Origin: Trichomonas gallinae
Lineage: Eukaryota
Direction: 5' to 3'
NCBI GenBank assembly: GCA_008369845.1
Contig: MRSU01005082.1
Location: 1-52,483, forward strand
Length of the DNA: 52,483 nt
A program made the translations under genes and the position numbers. Shown here piece by piece: positions 43,710 through 52,483 of this stretch; within the stretch, counting starts at the first letter, position 1; every line of letters starts with the position of its first letter. The notes beneath the pieces were generated by a model. It made no database searches. It was not told the origin of the DNA and saw nothing but the letters and a program-made list of their open reading frames with translations.

Positions 43710-45265
43710 CTATCAGCTGTTGCTTCGAGTGAGTTTTAATTTATTTTTTGTTATCATCATGAAGAAACATTATTTCAGATGCAAAAATAATAACAGATAT
43801 ATATATCTAGTATAGTACTATACTGGATTAGTCAAATGTTATGATATCAGACTAATCTTGTGCAAAATTCAGCATAAAATCGGACAAATAGATAGAATTT
43901 ATAATATTGCTTCTTTGTATTGGCGGCTGGCTATGAATTTATTATGATTCGTAAATAGAATTTAGCGTATATTCTTGGTTTAAAATTGGTAAGAATATAA
44001 CAAGTTTAACTTAAATCCTGTGCTATTATATTCAATCCTTGATTGATGAAAGAAATTATTTGATCTTATTTTGGATAGAAGTATTGAAATTAATTTGGAT
44101 TTCAATGAATATACGTTTTAATTGTAAGTAGTATGAAATATGAGTGCTTATGTTGTATTTGTATGATGTTACATAGGTTGTGATACAATTTGTTTGAAAC
44201 ATGCTTGAGATTCAAGATTCATTTTACAATTATGTAGACTTTACAAGTTATAAATGCTATGCCTATACATGGTATACCCATATATTTATGTTCCTTCATG
44301 GCAAAAAATATGACTCAATATTCGGAGTGAAACTACAATGTCACATTTCTTACCAGATTTTCAATTCAAAAGTTGGAACATCTTCGAAGAACGTTAAATT
44401 ATCAGTCAATACATAGATATGACCTATGTTTTAAGATATTAAATGATAATTCGCCTATGACATTTTTGGCAACCAAATGATGACATGGTTATTAATATAA
44501 GTCCTTGGGCCAGACAATGCTTAATTTTATTCGAATCAAAGAAACCATTATATTTTGATCACAAAGTTACAGATTTGAGAGTTTATCGCCATTTTGATCA
44601 CGAAATATTTCGTCGGTTTATAAATGGCATTCCATTCTATATTCTAATTATATAACAACGATAAATCTCGAATAATGAATAAAGCAGCGATAAATCTAGA
44701 ATAATCATAGTAGTATTTTTAGTAATTCATACCATTATTTTTTCATTTCAATTCAAAAGTTATAATTTTTGAAAATCTTTAATTAATTTTTTTCAATTTT
44801 ATTATATGCGATGATACCAACAAAAATTATTTTGAATTAATTCAATTTTGATTGTTTTTTTGAATTGAATTCAATTTACAAGTCAAGAATAATAATTCAG
44901 TTCCAATTAATAAGTATATCAAAACAATTTTTTTTGAATATACTTCAATATTCTATGCTTAACCGCTTTATATTATATAATTGACTTTTCAAAAGAAATT
45001 TTGTTGATCGGAATCCCAATCAACTATTACCCATAATTTATCTTTATTAACAAACGTAAAATTATTATCATGATCAAAATTCTTTAGTTTCAAATTATTT
45101 TTTTCAATATAACAATTAATTTCACTGCTCTAATATATAGACAAATTTAATACAATTTTTGAATTATTTCAAAATTATAATTATTGTAAACTATGAATAT
45201 ATGCTATTCAATCAAACAATTTTTAATTCAACGTTAAAAAAAAATTATTTGTGAGCAAAAAGGCA

Positions 45266-48200
45266 ATGAATAATGTAGAAGCAACACAACAAACAGCAAA
45301 CAGCGCAAATGATTCAATAGGATCTGAGTTTAATACCGCTCTAAACTCAAAAAAGAAAAGTTTAATTGATGAGAACTTTCCTTTGTTCATGTCTGTATTT
45401 CAAGATGCAAAAATACCAATTTTATTCGTTTATCCATTTCTCATGATGTTTTTCTTCCAAGTTTTAATTGTCTCCATATGGCCTTGGAGCGTTTATTGGG
45501 AAAAATGGGAAGATAATGGCGTGATGACTAAAATTCGCACCATTTTATTTTACATTCCGCTACCTGCAAAGCCATTATACTATATGATACTATCGGCATC
45601 CATTTTTGTTCTAAATTTGATATCATTGCTTCTAATTAGATTTCAATTACTATATTACCGCTTTCAAAGGAAATTTATTAAGTTTCTCAACTATCCTATA
45701 CGATTCTTTTTTGATACAATTCTTGTTGCTACGCTTGCTCCATGCATTGTCGGTACAGGTGAAACGTTTTTACGAATTGCTCATAGTGATAAAGATCCTC
45801 TAACAATAGTTTCATTCGTTCTGTTCATATTATCTATTATATATGAATCTTATTCATTTATTATTGTACAAGACTTTGCTTCTAAATCGATTTCAATCAA
45901 TGTCTCGCCAATGTTAAATTTTGATCCAACAATCATGATTAGAACACTTACAGCAATGTTAGCAACGCTATTACCATACTTTGTTATGCTTTTATTTGAA
46001 ACATGGGCTCCATTATTTCCAATAATCATTCAAGTCATCATATATATTTGGCTTTTGATCTATATGATACAGCACATGCCATTTGTAGATCCGATGACTC
46101 AAGCTTTATCCATTGGGTGGTTTATGGGATGCATCACGGGTGATATTATAATGGTTATTGCGAATTTTGTGCCAAATATGCATTATTTAATACCAATTAT
46201 AGGAACATTTGGATCATTCATGTTCTTTGTTATCGTAGGAATGATTTTTATTTTCCTTTATGTGAATGGGATCATTAAAAAGCTGAACGAAAACATATCT
46301 GAGTTAAATCAAGCTACTACTTATTATGATAGTCTTGGTTTAAACAAAAATGAAAGCAAAGCTTTGTTGTATTTGCGAATCGGATTTCAAAATTACAGCC
46401 CATGCTTCTATAACTTGACTCTTCTCCAGTACATAATGGAAAGATACGATTCTGAAACATCTTTAGCTACTTGTCTTCATTTAATGATCTTTTTCTCCAA
46501 AGAGACAAGAATTCAAGATAAGCTCGAACGTATGCTAATGAAAAAGCGCTCATTATCATACCTAACTCGTTTTCTTCTTTTCCAAATTGATGCAATTAAG
46601 TCATTGAGGCAATATTCTACAAATAATACAATAAAATTGAAGACATTGGAGCTTAAAAATATGAATAGACAGTGCGAGATGATGGCTCGATGTGCTTTGG
46701 ATACAGATAACCTCAATGCTAATTATTTCGAAACATTAGCAACAAAAACTCATCAAGCTCGTGCTCTGTGGAAAGAGTCCTTGATAAGCTGTCCTAATAA
46801 TTCCAAATTTTGCGAAGAATATGCTAGGTATTTGATCGAATGTGAATGCGATTTCGCAGAAGGCATCAAAATCAAAAATAGACAGAATTTTATTGAAATG
46901 GGCCATGATTTCTCTGTAGATTATTCGTTCCGTTCCCTTGTGGAAGCATTTCCAAAATATTTAACAGAAGAAATTGTTGATTTCAATGGTGGCTTCATTA
47001 AAAATAAAGAAGCCTCAAATAAAAAAGAAACCGAGTCGACATCTCATGGAACTAATCACGAAGGAGAATTGGATGATAATATCGAAGACATTGTTGGCAG
47101 AAAGTATATATCACATTCCAGACTTAGATTAGCACTTTCCAAGATGCTTGACTCTAAAATTCCCAAACCAATCAAAGCAATTATTCCAGTATCTTTCCTT
47201 ATATTGGTCTATATTGCTTCAGTTTTTACGATTGGCATTCAGACTACCGTTAGTAGGAATGCGATTTTTATCGAGTCCATGGACAACATTAACATGGTTT
47301 CAGAAGCAAGTTTCTTTTCTGCTTTATCAAATTGCATCATAGTTCTTCAGTATTTAATAGAAAAAGGAGAATTTGCAAAGTATAAGCAAGAAATGGATAA
47401 AATCAACTCAAAGAATGAAGCGCATTTGATTAATTTTGATCAGCCTTTACTCTATCAGTTGCTTAATTTTACTCATTTATCAGCATCTAGTATTGATGAT
47501 TATATTAACATTCTCACTCAGCAAGGACTTGAGGGACATAACATTTTTGAATGGTCAGCAGTTTTCGTGGAGCCACATTCTCATATGATAGTCTGCATGA
47601 ATGGCGGAAAACCAGTGAAGAATTTGAGCGTTTCATTTGCAACAATGATAAGTCAGCTTATTTCAAATCAAAGATGGTTTGCTATGCATGATTCTGTTGG
47701 TGATACAATGAGGTTTGCTGAAGCTTGTGAAATAACGACTAATTTTGAACAGTACTTCTTATCTTCTCAGAGACTAATAACAAGCATTAGTTCAAATCAA
47801 CAAAACGAGGGCAAAATTGTTAAAAAGAGATTCGATATTTTGGCAATCGTTGGTCCACTTGCCACATTCATAGTTGTTTTTATTCCCTTGTTCACTATCC
47901 ATTTCTTGTCTTTAAAAGCCGAAAATAAGATAATCAAGCTCATTAACTCATTCCCAGCTACTCAAAAATCAGAAGCACAAAATCGTATAATGTTGAACCA
48001 AAATGATGATGATATGAAGATTGGTGATAATATTGGAAAAACACGAACAAGGATTTATTTAATGGTCACTATATTAATTGTTGCTGTTGTTTTTCTTGTT
48101 CTTGCTTTCCTCGCTACAAATTTGGCAATAGAAACAATCACAAATCTTATCAAAATTAATATTTGGAATGAATATTCAAGCGAAAGATTTGCTCTAAGTT

Positions 48201-49936
48201 GTGAAGCACTAAATCTTCTGATTCTTGCAATAACAAAGCACGACATTCCAACCTCATACAATCTATCTCCGCAAATGAAAATTGTCCAATTGGCAAAAAC
48301 TGTTGCTGATAAATTATTTGAACAAGATCACAAACTTGTTTCCGGATCAGAAAATTCTATTCCATGCATGGGCTATGACAAGGAACTGGATGAATTAAAT
48401 ATCATCGACAAATCAATTCAAGATGCTGATTTATCACAAAGCTCTTATTACACAAACGTAAGTATCCATCAACAAATCGATATTTACAGAAATATGATCT
48501 ATAGCATTACTCAATCAGCACTCAAACCAGATCCACTCAATCCAACAATGGTTGCCAATGCTTTGTATTTGACTAACAGCCATCTCTTTGAAAAATTAAG
48601 TCAAGTGCCCAAAAGGCTCTTATATCTTGCTGATTCCGAGTATGCTTCGTTGAAGAAGGATTATAATATTTTAATAGCTGTAGTAGTTATTTCTTGCGTG
48701 ATATTTTTACTTGTTATATATGGATATTATACCAACAGAGTAATGGCCTATAGAGCTTCTTTATTCATAGTTAAGAGATTTTCACCATTAGAACTTACAA
48801 ATAATAATTTATTCAAAGAAATATTCCTCAGCAACACTATTATCGATAATAATTCATCGTTAGAAGGTGCAATAATACAAAATGCAGGCGATGCTGTATT
48901 TTGCACAAATTTGTCAGGTATTGTGGAGGTTTCCAACAAAGGGGTTTTTTATATATTTGGATACACTCCAGACCAAGTTCTTGGTCAGAATGTTTCATCA
49001 TTTTTTGGAAAAGAAGATTATGAAAAAATTACATTACAATTAGAAAATATGAAAAACAATCAAATCTCATTATATGAAGGTGATCATGAATGTACGAATG
49101 ATGCAGAAAAATTGATTCCGGTGCATGTGACTATAATTGGTATGAAGAGTCACAAGGATGATCCTATAAACTCATTTGTTTTAATTCTCAGAGATCAAAC
49201 AAACTTGTTAATTCAAAAGAAACAAGCAGAGGAAGCAAAAGCACAATCAGAAAAGCTTCTTTATCAAATTTTACCAAGAGATATCGTATTCAAACTTAGC
49301 AAAGGAGAAAAAGATATAAGTTTTGCTATACCATGTGCCACAATCATATTTATTGACATAGACAAATTTAGTGAATATACAGTCAATTTATCACCTCATG
49401 ATATTATGTCAAATCTTTCTTCATACTTTGCTTTTATTGATCGAATTGCATCCCAACATGACATGATACAAAAAATCAAACTTATTGGAGATATTTATAT
49501 GGCCGCTGCAGGTCTTTTCCATCCAAATTCTACACCAGATACTCACGCCGAGCAAACAATAAAATTTGCTCTAGAATGTCTTAACTCGCTGGATGAAATG
49601 AATATAAGACTTGGAAGCAACATACAAGTCCGAATTGGTATCAACACTGGAGGGCCATTAATTGCAGGTGTTTTGGGCACCGACAAACCAATGTTCGACA
49701 TCATAGGCGATGCAATAAACATTGCCGCACGATTGCAATCTAGCGACGAAGTCAACAAAATACATGTTTCAAGGTCTGTGTATGAAGCAATGAGGGGATT
49801 AAGTTATGAATTTGTATGCAGAGGACGAACATTCTTGAAAGGAAAGGGATATGAAGAAACATATTTTGTAAATCAAGCTACAATGTTCGTGAGAAATACA
49901 AGCGCATTTTTCAAGATTGCTGAATCAGTTGAATAA
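45266..49936 (+). CDS. Transmembrane adenylyl cyclase (multi-TM, PAS, class III cyclase domain)
   Basis: Many TM helices, a PAS motif (IFGYTPDQVLGQNV), IFIDIDKF, KIKLIGDIYMAAAG, RIGINTG and FDIIGDAINIAARLQS. The K/D residues indicate ATP specificity. First ATG is at 45266. Confidence 0.93.
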   Translation: MNNVEATQQTANSANDSIGSEFNTALNSKKKSLIDENFPLFMSVFQDAKIPILFVYPFLMMFFFQVLIVSIWPWSVYWEKWEDNGVMTKIRTILFYIPLPAKPLYYMILSASIFVLNLISLLLIRFQLLYYRFQRKFIKFLNYPIRFFFDTILVATLAPCIVGTGETFLRIAHSDKDPLTIVSFVLFILSIIYESYSFIIVQDFASKSISINVSPMLNFDPTIMIRTLTAMLATLLPYFVMLLFETWAPLFPIIIQVIIYIWLLIYMIQHMPFVDPMTQALSIGWFMGCITGDIIMVIANFVPNMHYLIPIIGTFGSFMFFVIVGMIFIFLYVNGIIKKLNENISELNQATTYYDSLGLNKNESKALLYLRIGFQNYSPCFYNLTLLQYIMERYDSETSLATCLHLMIFFSKETRIQDKLERMLMKKRSLSYLTRFLLFQIDAIKSLRQYSTNNTIKLKTLELKNMNRQCEMMARCALDTDNLNANYFETLATKTHQARALWKESLISCPNNSKFCEEYARYLIECECDFAEGIKIKNRQNFIEMGHDFSVDYSFRSLVEAFPKYLTEEIVDFNGGFIKNKEASNKKETESTSHGTNHEGELDDNIEDIVGRKYISHSRLRLALSKMLDSKIPKPIKAIIPVSFLILVYIASVFTIGIQTTVSRNAIFIESMDNINMVSEASFFSALSNCIIVLQYLIEKGEFAKYKQEMDKINSKNEAHLINFDQPLLYQLLNFTHLSASSIDDYINILTQQGLEGHNIFEWSAVFVEPHSHMIVCMNGGKPVKNLSVSFATMISQLISNQRWFAMHDSVGDTMRFAEACEITTNFEQYFLSSQRLITSISSNQQNEGKIVKKRFDILAIVGPLATFIVVFIPLFTIHFLSLKAENKIIKLINSFPATQKSEAQNRIMLNQNDDDMKIGDNIGKTRTRIYLMVTILIVAVVFLVLAFLATNLAIETITNLIKINIWNEYSSERFALSCEALNLLILAITKHDIPTSYNLSPQMKIVQLAKTVADKLFEQDHKLVSGSENSIPCMGYDKELDELNIIDKSIQDADLSQSSYYTNVSIHQQIDIYRNMIYSITQSALKPDPLNPTMVANALYLTNSHLFEKLSQVPKRLLYLADSEYASLKKDYNILIAVVVISCVIFLLVIYGYYTNRVMAYRASLFIVKRFSPLELTNNNLFKEIFLSNTIIDNNSSLEGAIIQNAGDAVFCTNLSGIVEVSNKGVFYIFGYTPDQVLGQNVSSFFGKEDYEKITLQLENMKNNQISLYEGDHECTNDAEKLIPVHVTIIGMKSHKDDPINSFVLILRDQTNLLIQKKQAEEAKAQSEKLLYQILPRDIVFKLSKGEKDISFAIPCATIIFIDIDKFSEYTVNLSPHDIMSNLSSYFAFIDRIASQHDMIQKIKLIGDIYMAAAGLFHPNSTPDTHAEQTIKFALECLNSLDEMNIRLGSNIQVRIGINTGGPLIAGVLGTDKPMFDIIGDAINIAARLQSSDEVNKIHVSRSVYEAMRGLSYEFVCRGRTFLKGKGYEETYFVNQATMFVRNTSAFFKIAESVE

Positions 49937-50014
49937 TAGTTTATATTAAAATGTTTAATATCATTTAATTAATATATTTAATAAATGTGCACGTCACGTT
50001 TTAATCTTACTAAA

Positions 50015-51343
50015 CTATTGATTGCTTTCGATTATCCTCCCTATCTCGGGATACATATCCTTTACAAGTGATAGTGGAGTCCATCCAAGTGTTGAAGTTA
50101 TATTAATTTCTGCGCCATTTGACAATAGATATTCTACATTTCTTTTTATTCCTTCTCCTGCTGCAAAGAACAAAGCTGTTTCATTTATTCTGCTTCGTGC
50201 GTGTATATCTGCTCCATTTTCGACTAGCATCCTAACGTTTTCAAAGTTGTGTGTCCCACATGCACACATGAGTGGTGTTCTTCCAAGCGAATCGGTGATG
50301 TTGACAGATGCTTTGTTTTCCAGTAAAATGCGTATTGCTCCATCATTTGATTGTTTGGCAGCCAAATGAAGAAGAGAAAGTCCTTCTGCATCAATCTCAT
50401 TAACATTCAAGCCGTTTTCTATCAAAAACTTTAAAGATTTATCGGAATTTTTGGAACGATGGAAAATTAACTTATGAGCAATATTAAAAGCATTTGTAAT
50501 TTCAAAACCTAAGGAAGGCAAAGCTATTGCCTTTTCAATTTCTCCAGTCTCTAAAACATCTGAAATTGGACTGTACTCTCCATTAATTGGGAATCCACTT
50601 TCTATGGCATATTTAATAATAGGTAGATCAAAGTATCTTATAATGGAACTCATAGGTAAATAAATTCCACGATTGGCTTTAGTGAATTCAATTTTGTCTG
50701 CAATTTGGTCAATAATCATCATAACTTCTGTAGCTATATTAAGAGTCAAAGGTAAATAATTGATTGTTATTGATTGGCCATATTGTTCCATGATCCATTC
50801 AGCAATTTTGAATCTACGAAACATCAGTGCAGTCATTAGATCCATTTGACTGGGAACAAATGTGGAATCAATTAAAGATTGAATTATTTCCTCATTTCCA
50901 CCTGCAATGGCTGCATTGAAGGTTGATAGATCGGTTTCAACCAAGTTAAGTTTCAAGTATTTAAACATATTAATAGCACCAGCTTGAGCAGCTAAGTTTA
51001 AATGCTCCGTAGATAGTTTGTTATCCGAGTTTAGTTGACATAAATATTCAATATCATCATTAATATAATATTTTTCAGGGTTTTGTTGTTTTTTGGATAA
51101 AAATTCATTCACAGACGAATCATCATTAAACAATTGAGAATACAAAAGACATCGTATATATTCCAAAACTGGAAACATAAAAATTGTTGTTGAAAGAGAA
51201 CTTTTTATGTAATTATAATAGTTAGGGAAATAAATGCTTAATTGTGAGATGATATCTTGTGTATTACGACCTGTGTGTGATCCTATAATATTATCAATAA
51301 CTATATAAGGTTGACATTCTTTTTTTGTTTGCTCAGAAACCAT
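50015..51343 (-). CDS. Ankyrin-repeat protein (DUF3447-type trichomonad family)
   Basis: AAQAGAINMFKYL / AIAGGNEEII N-terminal region and C-terminal ANK repeats (GLSLLHLAA, GRTPLMCA, ETALFFAA, GWTPL). Confidence 0.9.
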   Translation of the reverse strand: MVSEQTKKECQPYIVIDNIIGSHTGRNTQDIISQLSIYFPNYYNYIKSSLSTTIFMFPVLEYIRCLLYSQLFNDDSSVNEFLSKKQQNPEKYYINDDIEYLCQLNSDNKLSTEHLNLAAQAGAINMFKYLKLNLVETDLSTFNAAIAGGNEEIIQSLIDSTFVPSQMDLMTALMFRRFKIAEWIMEQYGQSITINYLPLTLNIATEVMMIIDQIADKIEFTKANRGIYLPMSSIIRYFDLPIIKYAIESGFPINGEYSPISDVLETGEIEKAIALPSLGFEITNAFNIAHKLIFHRSKNSDKSLKFLIENGLNVNEIDAEGLSLLHLAAKQSNDGAIRILLENKASVNITDSLGRTPLMCACGTHNFENVRMLVENGADIHARSRINETALFFAAGEGIKRNVEYLLSNGAEINITSTLGWTPLSLVKDMYPEIGRIIESNQ

Positions 51344-51436
51344 GAAATAATTATATAATCGGTTAATTTACGTGTCAAAACAATTCAATTTTTAGTTTTA
51401 TCATGTTGAGATTAAGATTTTTTTATAATTGTAAAA

Positions 51437-51508
51437 GGGGTAGTAGCTCACCGGCAGAGCAAGGGATTGCAGATCCCTGGGTAGTCGGTTCGATTCCGGC
51501 CTGCCCCT
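51437..51508 (+). tRNA. tRNA-Cys (GCA)
   Basis: 72-nt cloverleaf: acceptor GGGGTAG/CTGCCCC with discriminator T, D-arm GCTC/GAGC, anticodon arm AGGGA-TTGCAGA-TCCCT, T-arm GTCGG-TTCGATT-CCGGC. Confidence 0.97.
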
Positions 51509-51514
51509 CGCTGC

Positions 51515-51532
51515 TTTTTTCTCCTTTTTTTT
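51515..51532 (+). terminator. Pol III oligo-T terminator of tRNA-Cys
   Basis: T6 at 51515-51520 and T8 at 51525-51532, immediately after the tRNA. Confidence 0.8.
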
Positions 51533-51619
51533 CCTTAACCGAAATTTTTGTCTTTTGTTCAGCTGCTTTTTTCTCTTTTTTTCCCACAACGCTGCTATCA
51601 TCGGTTCTTATCACTGTTT

Positions 51620-52483
51620 CCACGCGATTTTCAACTCAAAGTTGAAGATCAACCAAAAGATCGACGCATTGCGCCGCTTCGTGACACCATAGCTTGATTA
51701 CCTCCTGATCCACGCCACACCAAAGCGAACAGACTTAAAGAATCTTGATTCTTATATCAGGAACAAGATCAAAGAAAGTCTGAACGCCCAGAGCATCCCA
51801 GTTGCATATATCTATAGCAACTGGAAGGATGGCGGCCTTTCACTCCAGGAGCTTGACAAGAGAAGTCTAGCCCTCACAGTGAAGGCGTTTGTTGGAATGT
51901 ACAACTCACCAAACACAGCCACGAAGCAATTATTCAGGCAGTGTTACGAAGGAGAGCGAAAGTTGAGGAACATCTCAACTGATCACGCAACCTTCATCAA
52001 CTGGGGAGACGACCCACAGAACGGAAGAGGAACATCGTCACTCTCAAATCGAGCGAGGACAGCCACCGAGAAACTCAATATTAGGCTCTCGCTTGACGAG
52101 GATGGACAAGCCTCTCTCCAAATCGACGAAGTCTCCACAACATCATCGAAAATTTGTTCGAAGCTCATCATGACGCAGCTGCAAGCAAGGAACCACAAAG
52201 AGCTTGCAAGCATGCCACTCCACCGACACTCATTCATTAGTTCAGCTGACAACCGAAACTCAAATTCGGTTATTGGAAACTACTCAAGCAACATCCCCGA
52301 TAAGATCATCAAGTTTATAATGCTTGCAAAGACGAACTCATTCGCCACAGGACAAGTTCTCCACCATCATGGCATGCACGGAAACAACGTCTCGTCCGGT
52401 TGCCCGCATTGCCGCATCAACGATAGCTCAGATTCCCTTATGCATCGTTTGAACGGCTGCAACCAGGCACAAGCGTTCACCAT
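51620..52483 (+). mobile_element. 5'-truncated non-LTR retrotransposon of the R2/NeSL (RLE-encoding) group; continues past the window end
   Basis: One frame gives IFNSKLKINQKIDALRRFVTP*LDYLL (thumb), YIYSNWKDGGLS, IIKFIMLAKTNSFAT and the CCHC knuckle CPHCRINDSSDSLMHRLNGC (52401-52460). There is a single stop at 51690-51692. Confidence 0.85.

Noticed and set aside
51401..51645. Short ORFs at 51401-51601, 51403-51645 and 51423-51623
   Set aside because: They are read-throughs of the tRNA-Cys gene and its T-rich terminator.
51983..52252. 89-aa minus-strand ORF
   Set aside because: It is an antisense shadow of the retrotransposon frame on the + strand.

Overview
Gene-dense, intron-free, AT-rich eukaryotic DNA. 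It looks trichomonad (Trichomonas-like) from its gene families and from core-promoter motifs such as CCTTT/AGCGGTT upstream of a ribosomal protein gene and AAAGTGAC. About 25 protein genes are present: Cfd1-like P-loop NTPase, ARM-repeat protein, Vps52, RanBD protein, Pmp-like surface protein, truncated kinase, FKBP15-like, Ubp8/USP22-like, uL23, TMEM181/Wntless-like, RRM protein, CK1, XRN1, CARMIL-like LRR, actin-related protein with a large insert, Sec61-beta, INCENP, DM10/EF-hand, AP-4 epsilon, transmembrane PAS-adenylyl cyclase, ankyrin protein and several hypotheticals. Five things are missing from the ORF track. (1) A tRNA-Cys(GCA) at 51437-51508 is followed about 110 bp later by a 5'-truncated R2/NeSL-group non-LTR retrotransposon that runs off the window end. 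(2) A minus-strand box C/D snoRNA-like RNA at about 28733-28887 has three CUGA boxes and an 18S guide matching the snR56/SNORD25 site. (3) A frameshifted clathrin heavy-chain fragment lies at 43455-43709. (4) Two degenerate tandem arrays (122-bp and 111-bp units) sit directly upstream of genes. (5) A TTTG(T/A)CATGTAAA motif recurs upstream of genes. All assignments come from manual reading and motif recall; no database searches were run.
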